Shown: positions 26,341 through 34,924 of the stretch, one piece after another
How positions within the stretch are numbered: position 1 is the first letter of the stretch
Layout: the number at the start of each line of letters is the position of its first letter
Assembly (NCBI GenBank): GCA_964492105.1
Contig: CAZBJB010000001.1
Span: 1 to 55,291 of the forward strand
From: an uncultured Zetaproteobacteria bacterium
GTDB lineage: Bacteria > Pseudomonadota > Zetaproteobacteria > Mariprofundales > Mariprofundaceae
Length of the DNA stretch: 55,291 nucleotides
Direction of reading: 5' to 3'
Position numbers and translations under genes: made by a program
Notes under the pieces: model-generated
What the model saw: the letters and a program-made list of their open reading frames with translations, nothing else
The model's database searches: none
Told to the model about the DNA's origin: nothing

Positions 26341-27480
26341 TTATGACAAGGTCTCCACGGACGTTACCCGGGAGTGCACATCGCCATCCCGGAAATGTAC
26401 GCGTATGACATCATCCGGCTTGACGCGCGCTGCACGTGTGAGTATCCGACCGTCCGAACCATAGCTCACGGTATAACCCCGATCCAGTACGGCCATGGGA
26501 TTTAAGGCGGTAAGTCGGGCCTCGGCACGGCTGACATGCATACGCCGCTCGTCTTGCGCCGATATCCACATGTGTCGGCACTGCATATACTGATTTTCCA
26601 GATCCCTTCTGGCATGGGTCAGCAAATGGTGCAAGAGTTGTTGCAACAGGTGCAGGCGCGGCATCTGCTGACGCAGGGTTTCCCTGTTCGGGCAGGCAAG
26701 TTCTGCGGCGCTGGACGGCGTGGCCGCCTGTTTGTCCGCCGCGAAATCGGCCAGACTGATGTCGATTGCATGGCCGATACCGGTGATGACGGGGATGTCG
26801 CACTCGGCGATGGCACGCACGACGGATTCCTCGTTAAAACACCACAAATCCTCCGGGCTGCCACCGCCACGCACCAGAAGAATCACATCCGGCCTGTCCT
26901 CCATGTTTTGTAAGCGCTCCAGGGCACGCGTGATTTGCGGTGCGGCGGCTTTACCCTGAACGGGCGTGGGCGAAAGTGTCCGTTGCAGCCATCCGGGGCG
27001 GGTGGAAAGTACCTTGTGGACATCCTGCAAGGCCGCAGCGGTCTCCGACGTAACAATGCCGATGTGATGAGGCAGGGCAGGGATCGAATGCTTGATTTCA
27101 GGCGCAAACCAGCCGCGTTCGGCAAACGCTTTCTTGCGCCGTTCAAATTCAATCGCCAGCGCGCCGCTGCCAGCGGCTTCCAGGCGTGAAACGACCAGTT
27201 GATAACGGCCTTGCGGTGGATAGAGCGAGATATGCCCGATAAAAATGTATTGCTGCCCCTCTTCGGGTTGTTGTGAAAGGCGCAGGGCCGTCGATTTCCA
27301 GATGACCGCAGAAAGTGACGCACCCGCATCCTTGATGGTGAAATACATATGTCCGGATATTTGCCGGTTCAGGCGTGAGATTTCTCCCAGCACATACACA
27401 CTGGAAAATCCTTGCTCCAACACTTGTTTGATGCAAGCGGTCAACTCACTGACGGACAGAGGTTGTCTCTTAGCCCGCAT
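26341..27480 (-). CDS. xseA: Exodeoxyribonuclease VII large subunit
   Basis: LSVSELTACIKQVLEQGF, GEISRLNRQISGHMYFTIKD, IGIVTSETAAALQD, RGGGSPEDLWCFNEE, TPSSAAE. Confidence 0.9.
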   Translation of the reverse strand: MRAKRQPLSVSELTACIKQVLEQGFSSVYVLGEISRLNRQISGHMYFTIKDAGASLSAVIWKSTALRLSQQPEEGQQYIFIGHISLYPPQGRYQLVVSRLEAAGSGALAIEFERRKKAFAERGWFAPEIKHSIPALPHHIGIVTSETAAALQDVHKVLSTRPGWLQRTLSPTPVQGKAAAPQITRALERLQNMEDRPDVILLVRGGGSPEDLWCFNEESVVRAIAECDIPVITGIGHAIDISLADFAADKQAATPSSAAELACPNRETLRQQMPRLHLLQQLLHHLLTHARRDLENQYMQCRHMWISAQDERRMHVSRAEARLTALNPMAVLDRGYTVSYGSDGRILTRAARVKPDDVIRVHFRDGDVHSRVTSVETLS

Positions 27481-27494
27481 TACCCGTCACCCGG

Positions 27495-27510
27495 CCTGTT
27501 CATGAACAGG
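27495..27510. promoter_or_regulatory. Perfect 16-bp palindrome CCTGTTCATGAACAGG about 15 nt upstream of the xseA start
   Basis: Read directly from the sequence. It sits between the dksA stop (27547) and the xseA start (27480). A small hairpin, CCGCA-CCGGA-TGCGG at 27523-37, lies next to it. Confidence 0.3.
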
Positions 27511-27546
27511 TCAGGATAAATCCCGCACCGGATGCGGCTGATTCAG

Positions 27547-27918
27547 TCAGTCGATACGGGTACGTTCTTCAATCTCCTGGGACGTTTTACAATCAATGCA
27601 CAAGGTGGTAACCGGCCTGGCCTGCAAACGTCTCACGCTGATATTGCCACCACAGCTGTCACAGGCGCCGAAACTGCCATCCTTGATACGGTTCAGGGCC
27701 TGGTCGATTTTTTTGATCAGCTTGCGTTCGCGGTCGCGAATGCGGAGATCAAAATTTCGATCTGTTTCTACGGTAGCCTGATCCGTCGGATCAGGAAAGG
27801 CGGTTTGCTCTTCCTGGTGCATGGTCTGGATGTTTTGATTCAGTCCATCATCCAGTTCCCTGCGCCATGTGGAGAGCTGCTTCGAGAATTTATCAAGTTG
27901 CGTTTTGCTCAGCACCAT
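27547..27918 (-). CDS. dksA: RNA polymerase-binding transcription factor DksA
   Basis: A coiled-coil region with DPTDQATVETDRNFDLRIRDRERKLI and the 4-Cys zinc finger CDSCGGNI...LCIDC. Confidence 0.92.
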   Translation of the reverse strand: MVLSKTQLDKFSKQLSTWRRELDDGLNQNIQTMHQEEQTAFPDPTDQATVETDRNFDLRIRDRERKLIKKIDQALNRIKDGSFGACDSCGGNISVRRLQARPVTTLCIDCKTSQEIEERTRID

Positions 27919-27993
27919 TTTACACCTCCGGAATCCTCGCGCTCCACTGTGTCATGCTGCTATATTACTGCTGTTTACACCGATATGACATAG

Positions 27994-28155
27994 GAGCCTC
28001 TTGCAAAACTCGTGATCGGCAGATCTGCTTCCCCACTCTGGCCCATTTTCGAGCTGGAATTTCGCCCCGTTGGATCACCACGAAGCTCATTCCATCTCAA
28101 CAATGGACTCAAAGCGGGATTGTCGCTCATCCACCCAGCGTTTTGCAAGAGGCTC
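27994..28155. mobile_element. MITE family A, copy 4
   Basis: GAGCCTCTTGCAAAAC...GTTTTGCAAGAGGCTC, flanked by ATAG (27990-93 and 28156-59). Confidence 0.85.
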
Positions 28156-28218
28156 ATAGCTATAAATTTTAAGGCGGCGAACCTTAGCGATTCGCTATCT
28201 TCGTGTAAATACGTTTAA

Positions 28219-28381
28219 CCCAGATCCTGCAAGTGCTCGCACACACATAGCGCAACCCCTTGATTCATCCAGCATATCGGAAAAAACATTCATCACCAAT
28301 AAGCTGACAACATGTTTTTTCAATACGCTATATAAACCAATGTCTTACACTCTGCATGCACGATCACCTGCAGGATCTAGG
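28219..28381. mobile_element. MITE family B, copy 1 (uninterrupted reference copy)
   Basis: CCCAGATCCTGCAAGTGCTCGCACACACATAG ... CTCTGCATGCACGATCACCTGCAGGATCTAGG (an imperfect TIR of about 30 bp), flanked by the 5-bp direct repeat TTTAA (28214-18 and 28382-86). Confidence 0.8.
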
Positions 28382-28556
28382 TTTAAGCATTCCATGTCGG
28401 TTCCTGGGAGGTGCCTGCTGCTTGCAAACAGGGGGTTTCGACCGTACAGTTCCGCATTCGCTGCCGTGATCATGTAACCACGTGCGGAAAATATGACCTG
28501 AGATACTCGCTCCGGATGCGCATTTATTCCGCGGCAGATATACCGAGAGAGGCGCC

Positions 28557-29066
28557 GTGTATTACGAAACTATCTTTATCGTCAATCCTGACGTTTCCAA
28601 GGAAAATACCGGGATACTGACCGACACGCTGGTCAAGCGTGTTGAAAAAGCCAGTGGCCGTATCGTCAAACGTGAATACTGGGGCTCACGCCCGCTGGCT
28701 TATCAGATCGCCAAACGTAAGCGTGGTCATTATGTTATGCTGGTAACGGATGGCGCACACGCCGCCGTGCAGACACTGGAGGAGGGCCTGCGCCTGGAAG
28801 AGCGCGTGCTGCGTTTTTTAACCACGCGCTTGCAGGAACTTTCCGATGAGCCATCACCGCTACTGCGCCGCCAGATTAAAAGTACCGAATCCACCAGGAG
28901 TGAAGATAAACCCGCAGAGGAACCTGCTAAGAAAGACGCAGTCGAAGCTGTAACCGTGGATACACGGGATGACGTTACGACACAGACACAGGTGCCGGAT
29001 GCGGTGGAGCAACAGCCTGTTAAAGAGGATACGACACTGGAAGCGGGAAATGATGCCGCAACCTGA
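28557..29066 (+). CDS. rpsF: 30S ribosomal protein S6 with a long acidic C-terminal extension
   Basis: GTG start. MYYETIFIVNPDVS...REYWGSRPLAYQIAKRKRGHYVML is canonical S6. About 60 extra Glu/Asp/Thr-rich residues follow. Confidence 0.93.
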   Translation: MYYETIFIVNPDVSKENTGILTDTLVKRVEKASGRIVKREYWGSRPLAYQIAKRKRGHYVMLVTDGAHAAVQTLEEGLRLEERVLRFLTTRLQELSDEPSPLLRRQIKSTESTRSEDKPAEEPAKKDAVEAVTVDTRDDVTTQTQVPDAVEQQPVKEDTTLEAGNDAAT

Positions 29067-29415
29067 TCCGCGGGTGAGCCATGCAGCCCGGGGAAACCAG
29101 GTTTGCTTACAGGGTGTGTTGGCGGATATATGCCAACGATGGACTCCCGATGGAAGTCCGGCCGCGATTGCCTCACTGGTTATTGCCAGACCCGGTCTGG
29201 GCACCGCGCGGCTGACAAGCGAATCGAGCCAGCCGATTCCCTTGCGGGCAACGGGCAACGAAGCGAACGAGCTGGCACGGCATGAAGGTCACATGGTGGA
29301 CATTGAGGGGAGGCTTCGGCGGCGCTATTACAGCCGCCACGGCGAATCCCACTGGGGCCAGGTAGAGGTATGGGTGGACTGCTGCCAACCATCAGTGAGC
29401 CCGGACGCTTCATGA
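29050..29415 (+). CDS. priB: Primosomal replication protein N (PriB), SSB-fold
   Basis: It sits between rpsF and rpsR, as in beta- and gammaproteobacteria. The OB-fold-like sequence is NQVCLQGVLADICQRWTPDGSPAAIASLVI...HMVDIEGRL. The ATG at 29050 overlaps the rpsF stop; an alternative start is the GTG at 29074. Confidence 0.75.
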   Translation: MMPQPDPRVSHAARGNQVCLQGVLADICQRWTPDGSPAAIASLVIARPGLGTARLTSESSQPIPLRATGNEANELARHEGHMVDIEGRLRRRYYSRHGESHWGQVEVWVDCCQPSVSPDAS

Positions 29416-29574
29416 ATCGCCGTCATGACTACGCCTGCCTGTGCGTGCCGCACGCAGACAGGCCGGGCCTTTGTTCGCAACGGATGCCTGGGAAGGAGAC
29501 CGTGGCCGTGCATACGGTCGACCAACGAGGGGTTTATGGCTCCAATGACGCGGCAGTATTGATGAATAGTCCGG
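29401..29574. repeat. Family C repeat, copy c (complete, bounded by TIRs)
   Basis: The left end is CCGGACGCTTCATGAATCGCCG. The reverse complement of the right end is CCGGACTATTCATCAATACTGCCG. The core is an imperfect palindrome, GCCTGCCTGTGCGTGCCGCACGCAGACAGGCCGGGC. Confidence 0.75.
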
Positions 29575-29586
29575 ATTAGGAGGTAT

Positions 29587-29961
29587 ATGACAATGGCCGA
29601 AGAGCCTGTGAAGACAACCGAAACAACCGCTGACATCCGTCCGGCTCCGCGGAACACCGAACGTCCCGCGGGTGTGCGTGAAGGAACCCGTGGGGATCGG
29701 CGTAGCGATGATCGCCGCCCGCCATCACGCCGCCCGCGCTATCCGCGTAAGCGAAAGTTTTGTAAGTTCTGTGCTGATACAAGCATACGGATCGACTATA
29801 AAAATCCGGATTTATTGAAGCAGTTCATTACTGATCGTTATAAAATGTTACCGGCGCGTGTAACCGGCACCTGCGCCAGGCATCAGCGTGCATTGACGAC
29901 GGCGATAAAACGTGCCCGCAATCTGGCGCTGCTTCCATTTACACCACTGCATCACGATTGA
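29587..29961 (+). CDS. rpsR: 30S ribosomal protein S18 with an Arg/Pro-rich N-terminal extension of about 45 aa
   Basis: [64 protein letters not shown] is canonical S18. There is a strong RBS, AGGAGGTAT, before the ATG at 29587. Confidence 0.92.
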   Translation: MTMAEEPVKTTETTADIRPAPRNTERPAGVREGTRGDRRSDDRRPPSRRPRYPRKRKFCKFCADTSIRIDYKNPDLLKQFITDRYKMLPARVTGTCARHQRALTTAIKRARNLALLPFTPLHHD

Positions 29962-30039
29962 TGATACAAAACCGGCTTGTGCCGTGGACGATGTGCCGTG
30001 CAAGTTGTTTGGGAGCCTCCTGGCCCGGATGAAAATAAT

Positions 30040-30993
30040 ATGACGCAGGACATACGTGCCATGCCGCCGGGAGCCGAATGGATACTCACCCACCGTACGC
30101 CATGCGCGCTGGTGGCTGTGTTCATGTTTGGCATGGCGCTGTGGCTTGCGGGAACGGCGTTTTCCATTCCGCTGCTGGCACTGCACTTGCTGACGCCAGC
30201 GCTGTTTGCCCTGATTACGCTGGGCGGCGGTGTGGTGTTTGGAGTACAGGTGGCCGTGCTGGCTGCCGTCTTGGTGAGCCTGGCCGCACGGGCATCGCTG
30301 GCGCCGGGGCTCATGTTGCTGATGCTGTATGGTCTGCTGCCCATCCTGTCGGCAGCCAGCCTGAACGGGCAGGGCGGTATGTCCAAAAGTGCACAGCGTC
30401 TGGCCATCGGCCTGGGAGCAATCATGCTGGCCACCCTGATTGCGGGTGCGGTGATTCAGGATGTAACGGCCAGGGTGCTTGTCGGACAAGGGTTGTCACC
30501 CCTGTTTGACGCCATGCGGGGACAACGGGCAATGGCTGCGGAATTGTTTGCCCGCGTCCGCAACATAACCGTATGGATATTCCCCGGCCTCATGGCGCTG
30601 AGCCTGTGGATCGTCTGGTGGAGCAACGTGCTGCTGGCACGTAGTATTGCCGTATACTACGGTTTCTTCCGGGGCGATATACAGCCGGCCAACGCCTTAC
30701 GGCTGAACGCGAAGATTGCATACCTGTTTCTGGCACTCGCCGCCGTGGGTGCCGTGGCGCAGGGAACAGTGCAGTACCTCGCGGTTAATGTGGATCTGTT
30801 GATCGCCGGTCTGTTGTCCGCGCAGGGGCTGGCCGTCGCGCATAGATGGTTACAGGTACGGCGGATGCAGGTGCTGGCCGTACTGATGTATATCGTGCTG
30901 TTGATGCAGCCGGTGACGTTATTACCCTTTGCCGTGATAGGGTTGTTTGATATCTGGTTTGATTACCGCCGGAACATGCCGCCGGCAAAGTGA
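30040..30993 (+). CDS. DUF2232-type polytopic membrane protein (conserved between rpsR and rplI)
   Basis: A hydrophobic protein with 8-9 predicted TM segments. Its position is typical of betaproteobacterial rpsF operons. The ATG at 30040 is the first ATG in ORF 29977..30993. Confidence 0.7.
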   Translation: MTQDIRAMPPGAEWILTHRTPCALVAVFMFGMALWLAGTAFSIPLLALHLLTPALFALITLGGGVVFGVQVAVLAAVLVSLAARASLAPGLMLLMLYGLLPILSAASLNGQGGMSKSAQRLAIGLGAIMLATLIAGAVIQDVTARVLVGQGLSPLFDAMRGQRAMAAELFARVRNITVWIFPGLMALSLWIVWWSNVLLARSIAVYYGFFRGDIQPANALRLNAKIAYLFLALAAVGAVAQGTVQYLAVNVDLLIAGLLSAQGLAVAHRWLQVRRMQVLAVLMYIVLLMQPVTLLPFAVIGLFDIWFDYRRNMPPAK

Positions 30994-31001
30994 GGATCGT
31001 G

Positions 31002-31451
31002 ATGCAACTCATTCTTCTGGAACGTGTGGAAGGTCTTGGAAATGTTGGCGATGAAGTCGTCGTCAAGCCTGGTTACGGGCGCAATTTCCTGCTGCCGCGA
31101 GGCAAGGCAACGCTGGCCAATGATGCCAATCGCAAGGTGTTTGAGCATCGTCGTGCGCAGCTTGAAGCGCAGCAATACAGTGCGTTGGAGCGTGCGCGGA
31201 TACTGGCCGGGAAGCTTGCCGATTTACACCTTGCCATTACCCGCGCCACGTCGGACGGCGAACACCTGTACGGTTCAGTGTCCACACACGAACTGGCTAA
31301 TCTGTTGTACGCGGCCGGTCATGAGGTGAAACGGCGACAGATCATTCTCAACGATCCGATTAGGAAAATGGGCGAGCATTCCTTCCGTGTGCGTTTACAT
31401 CCGGATGTTATCGCCGATCTTACCCTGACGGTTGAATCCGAAAATGTATGA
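31002..31451 (+). CDS. rplI: 50S ribosomal protein L9
   Basis: MQLILLERVEGLGNVGDEVVVKPGYGRNFLLPRGKA is canonical L9. GAGGA RBS. Confidence 0.95.
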   Translation: MQLILLERVEGLGNVGDEVVVKPGYGRNFLLPRGKATLANDANRKVFEHRRAQLEAQQYSALERARILAGKLADLHLAITRATSDGEHLYGSVSTHELANLLYAAGHEVKRRQIILNDPIRKMGEHSFRVRLHPDVIADLTLTVESENV

Positions 31452-31463
31452 TACAACCGTAAG

Positions 31464-31484
31464 AAATCCGTTCATGGATTTTTT
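31464..31484 (+). terminator. Weak hairpin plus T-tract after rplI
   Basis: AAATCC-GTTCAT-GGATTT followed by TTT. The stem is only 6 bp and AT-rich. Confidence 0.35.
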
Positions 31485-31691
31485 ACTCAACGAACCGTAA
31501 ACAATGCGATTTTCGCTTTCCTTACGAAGGAACGACTTGCATTGCATGTTGCTCCCTTGCCCGTCCCGCCTCGCCCGAAGGGAACCCCGCTCATGGGCTA
31601 ATGCGGCGTTGTCTCCCTTGCCAGAGGCTCGCCATTGGCTTTGGGATGCGCCCCTGAACCCATGGGCGGGGTTCTGACAAACGACGCGTTT

Positions 31692-33065
31692 ATGGGATCG
31701 GACTCTACCTCCATCCGGGAGCATGTTCCGCCGCATGCGCTTGATGCCGAGTTGGCGGTACTGGGGGGGATCATGCTCGATCCCGAGGCGCTGGAGCGGT
31801 TGGAAGGAAATCTTCTACCCGAACATTTTTACGCCGACCGTCATCATTTGATCTTCAACGCCATGCAGGAACTCGCGGGCAAGGGTCAACCGGTGGATGC
31901 CCTCACCGTCAAGGATTATCTGGCGCAACGCAGCCAACTGGATGCCTGTGGTGGCGAGCTTTATCTCGGTGAGTTGATCAGCGCCATTCCCACCGCCGCC
32001 AATGTCAATCATTATGGTCATATCGTGCGGGAGCGCGCCGTTCTGCGTGAATTACTGAATGTATGTTCCAGGGTTTCGCAGAATGTGTACGAAAAACCGG
32101 ATCTGGATGTCGATGTCCATCTGGATCGGGCCGAAATGGACGTGCTGGCCGTGGCGGAACGGTTCAGTCGTTCACGCCCCACCTTCAGTAAAATGAGTGA
32201 TCTGATGGTGGAAGGCTACCATCAGCTGGAAAAGCGCTATGCTGAAAAAAAAGCGATTACCGGCATCCCCACGGGTTTTTCCGATCTGGATGAAATCACA
32301 TCCGGCATGCAGCGAAGCGACCTCATCATTGTCGCCGGACGCCCCAGTATGGGTAAGACGGCATTTGCCATGAATCTTGCACGCAATGCCGCTGCGGAGG
32401 CCGAAGATGCCAAAGCGATTGCGGTATTTTCACTGGAAATGTCCTGCCAACAGATTGCCCTGCGTATGCTGGCTAGTGAAGCCCGTGTCAACATGAAGTT
32501 ACTGCGTACCGGCCGCTTCTCCGCCGAGGACTGGCGCAAGCTCGCCGCGCGTTCCGGTGCCTTGGCTGAATCCCCAATCTTTATTGATGACACGCCGGCT
32601 ATTTCCGTCCTCGAATTGCGCTCCAAATGCCGCCGTCTGAAAAAGGAGGCGGGTGGCCTTGATCTGGTGATTATCGATTATCTGCAATTGATGAGCGGAC
32701 GCCACAACGCCGAACGGCGGGAACAGGAGATCAGCGAGATTACACGATCCCTCAAGGGTCTGGCCAAGGAACTGGATGTACCGGTTATTGCCCTGTCCCA
32801 GCTCAACCGCTCACTGGAATCGCGCACCGAGAAACGCCCCATGATGTCTGATTTGCGCGAATCAGGCGCCATTGAACAGGATGCGGATGTCATTGCCTTT
32901 ATTTACCGCGAAGAGGTGTATAACAAAAAACCGGAAAACGAGGGACTGGCGGAAGTGATCATCGCCAAACAGCGGAATGGCCCTACGGGTATCGTGCATC
33001 TCACCTTTTTGCATGAATACACCCGCTTTGAAAACCACGCTTCACATTCAGGCTTTGACGATTAA
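31692..33065 (+). CDS. dnaB: Replicative DNA helicase DnaB
   Basis: PPHALDAELAVLGGIMLD, Walker A GRPSMGKTAF, IIDYLQLM, SQLNRSLESR, RESGAIEQDADV. The ATG at 31692 is preferred over the ORF-track start at 31635. Confidence 0.93.
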   Translation: MGSDSTSIREHVPPHALDAELAVLGGIMLDPEALERLEGNLLPEHFYADRHHLIFNAMQELAGKGQPVDALTVKDYLAQRSQLDACGGELYLGELISAIPTAANVNHYGHIVRERAVLRELLNVCSRVSQNVYEKPDLDVDVHLDRAEMDVLAVAERFSRSRPTFSKMSDLMVEGYHQLEKRYAEKKAITGIPTGFSDLDEITSGMQRSDLIIVAGRPSMGKTAFAMNLARNAAAEAEDAKAIAVFSLEMSCQQIALRMLASEARVNMKLLRTGRFSAEDWRKLAARSGALAESPIFIDDTPAISVLELRSKCRRLKKEAGGLDLVIIDYLQLMSGRHNAERREQEISEITRSLKGLAKELDVPVIALSQLNRSLESRTEKRPMMSDLRESGAIEQDADVIAFIYREEVYNKKPENEGLAEVIIAKQRNGPTGIVHLTFLHEYTRFENHASHSGFDD

Positions 33066-33077
33066 GCAACGACCCCG

Positions 33078-34157
33078 ATGAGCCGTCCCGCCATTGCCAC
33101 CATCCACCTTGGTCATTTACGCCATAACTACCGCATACTGAAAAAGAAAGCGAAAAACGCCACGGTGATGGCCGTGGTCAAGGCCAATGCTTATGGTCAC
33201 GGGCTGGATGTGATCGCACCTGTCCTGCTGGATGAAGGATGCCGGTCTTTTGCGGTTACGGATGCCGAAGAAGGTTTGCGGCTGCGGCGCATTGTAGGGG
33301 ACAGGCCCGATATCGTGATTCTTTCCGGCATCTTTGACCAGGAGGATGCCGGGCTGTGCCTGAAAGCCGACCTCACGCCGGTTGTGGCCGAACCATGGCA
33401 GATCAACAGGCTTAAAAGCATTTCATTCGCGGGCCGTGTATGGCTGAAGGTCGATACGGGAATGCATAGACTGGGCTGTGAAGATGTGGCGCGGATGTTT
33501 GCAGCCTGCCGGGAGCAGGGTATGCACATTGCGGGTATGATGAGTCATTTGGCCTGCGCCGATGATCCGGATCATCCACTGAACCATCGGCAGGCCACAG
33601 CCTTCCACCAATATCTGGCGGCATTGTCTGAACCCGTGCCCGCTTCCCTCTTAAATAGCGCCGGACTGGTGACTATGCGGGAGCACGTGATGGATGTGGT
33701 ACGCCCCGGTATTGCACTATATGGCGCGGAACCGGTAAGAAATCGGTTGCTTGGCCTACAGCCTGTTATGCAACTGACCAGTCGTATCATGCAGGTTCGC
33801 ACCGTACGCAAGGGAGAGAGCGTCTCGTATGGCGCGGCTTTTACCGCCCGGGAGGATATGCGCATTGCTGTTGCCGCATTGGGTTATGCGGACGGTTTGC
33901 CGCGCAGCCTCTCCAATTGCGGTATGGCCATGGCCGTGAATCAACAGGGCAAAAAGGCTATACTCCCTGTCACGGGCCGCGTATGCATGGATTATTGTCT
34001 GCTGGATACCAGCCATGTTCCCCTTGCCACCAACGATATGGTGGAGTTCTGGGGGGGTGCGATGCCCGCCGTGGAAGTGGCACGGCAGGCGGACACCATT
34101 GCATATGAGCTGTTTACCGGGGTTGGGGAGCGCGTGATGCGGAAGGCGGTAATGTGA
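33078..34157 (+). CDS. alr: Alanine racemase
   Basis: The PLP-lysine motif AVVKANAYGHG, then VDTGMHRLG and PGIALYG. Confidence 0.92.
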   Translation: MSRPAIATIHLGHLRHNYRILKKKAKNATVMAVVKANAYGHGLDVIAPVLLDEGCRSFAVTDAEEGLRLRRIVGDRPDIVILSGIFDQEDAGLCLKADLTPVVAEPWQINRLKSISFAGRVWLKVDTGMHRLGCEDVARMFAACREQGMHIAGMMSHLACADDPDHPLNHRQATAFHQYLAALSEPVPASLLNSAGLVTMREHVMDVVRPGIALYGAEPVRNRLLGLQPVMQLTSRIMQVRTVRKGESVSYGAAFTAREDMRIAVAALGYADGLPRSLSNCGMAMAVNQQGKKAILPVTGRVCMDYCLLDTSHVPLATNDMVEFWGGAMPAVEVARQADTIAYELFTGVGERVMRKAVM

Positions 34158-34924
34158 AATTTCTTCAGGGTATCGGCAGGTTGCTGGAGGCGGCCTTCAT
34201 GCGCTCCGGCGCGTATGCCGGAACCCTGTTAAAAATGCTTCGTGGCATGGCCTCCCCGCCGTGGTATCCGGGGCTAATCCTGCGACAGGCCGAGGAAGTC
34301 GGCGTCCACTCACTACCCGTCGTACTATTGACCGCCCTGTTTACCGGCATGGTGCTGGCCCTGCAGTCCTATATCGGATTCCACCGTTTTGGCGCGGACA
34401 GCATGGTGGCGACGGTCGTCTCCATGTCCATGTTGCGGGAACTGGGACCTGTGCTGGTCGGTCTGATGGTCGCTGGCCGGGTTGGCGCTTCATTTGCCGC
34501 CGAACTGGGCACGATGCGCGTGACCGAACAAATTGACGCGTTGTGGACGCTTTCCACGGATCCCTTCCGTTACCTCATTATGCCCCGTGTCCTTGCGGCG
34601 GTGCTCATGATGCCGTTGCTGGTAGCGATGGCCGATGCCATTGGCATGATCGGCGGATACGGCATCAGCGTGTTCCTCCTCGATCAGACGCCCGCGGTGT
34701 ACATCGAACATTCAACGATGTTTTTGGGATTAAATGATTTGTTCTCGGGACTCGTCAAGGCAACCTTCTTTGGCGGTATCATCGGCGTGGTAGGATGTTC
34801 GGAAGGTTTCCATTGCAGTGGCGGCGCGCAGGGTGTGGGTCGCGCGACCACCAGAGCCGTGGTGGTCAGCGCCATGAGTATCCTCGTGTCCGATTATATC
34901 CTCACGGTATGGATGTTCCAGTGA
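34154..34924 (+). CDS. MlaE-family ABC transporter permease
   Basis: LRELGPVLVGLMVAGRVGASFAAELGTMRVTEQIDAL is the MlaE/Ttg2B signature. The GTG start overlaps the alr stop. Confidence 0.88.
   Translation: MKFLQGIGRLLEAAFMRSGAYAGTLLKMLRGMASPPWYPGLILRQAEEVGVHSLPVVLLTALFTGMVLALQSYIGFHRFGADSMVATVVSMSMLRELGPVLVGLMVAGRVGASFAAELGTMRVTEQIDALWTLSTDPFRYLIMPRVLAAVLMMPLLVAMADAIGMIGGYGISVFLLDQTPAVYIEHSTMFLGLNDLFSGLVKATFFGGIIGVVGCSEGFHCSGGAQGVGRATTRAVVVSAMSILVSDYILTVWMFQ

Noticed and set aside
27495-27510. A LexA/SOS box interpretation of CCTGTTCATGAACAGG.
   Set aside because: The CTGT and ACAG half-sites are separated by 6 nt, not the 8 nt of the beta/gammaproteobacterial consensus.
28290-28340. A possible outward-facing promoter carried by MITE-B (CTGACA ... 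TATATAAA) pointing at rpsF, the ABC operon and the SPOR gene.
   Set aside because: Spacing between the candidate -35 and -10 hexamers is 19-21 nt, outside the functional range. The orientation agreement in three copies could be chance.
27919-28556. The strand-polarity switch (all genes to the left on the minus strand, most to the right on the plus strand), with dnaB nearby, suggested a replication origin.
   Set aside because: No DnaA-box-like TTATCCACA clusters or AT-rich unwinding element are visible. The interval is almost entirely occupied by MITE-A, MITE-B and the rpsF leader. Later minus-strand genes (pgsA) also break the pattern. A genome-scale GC-skew analysis would be needed.
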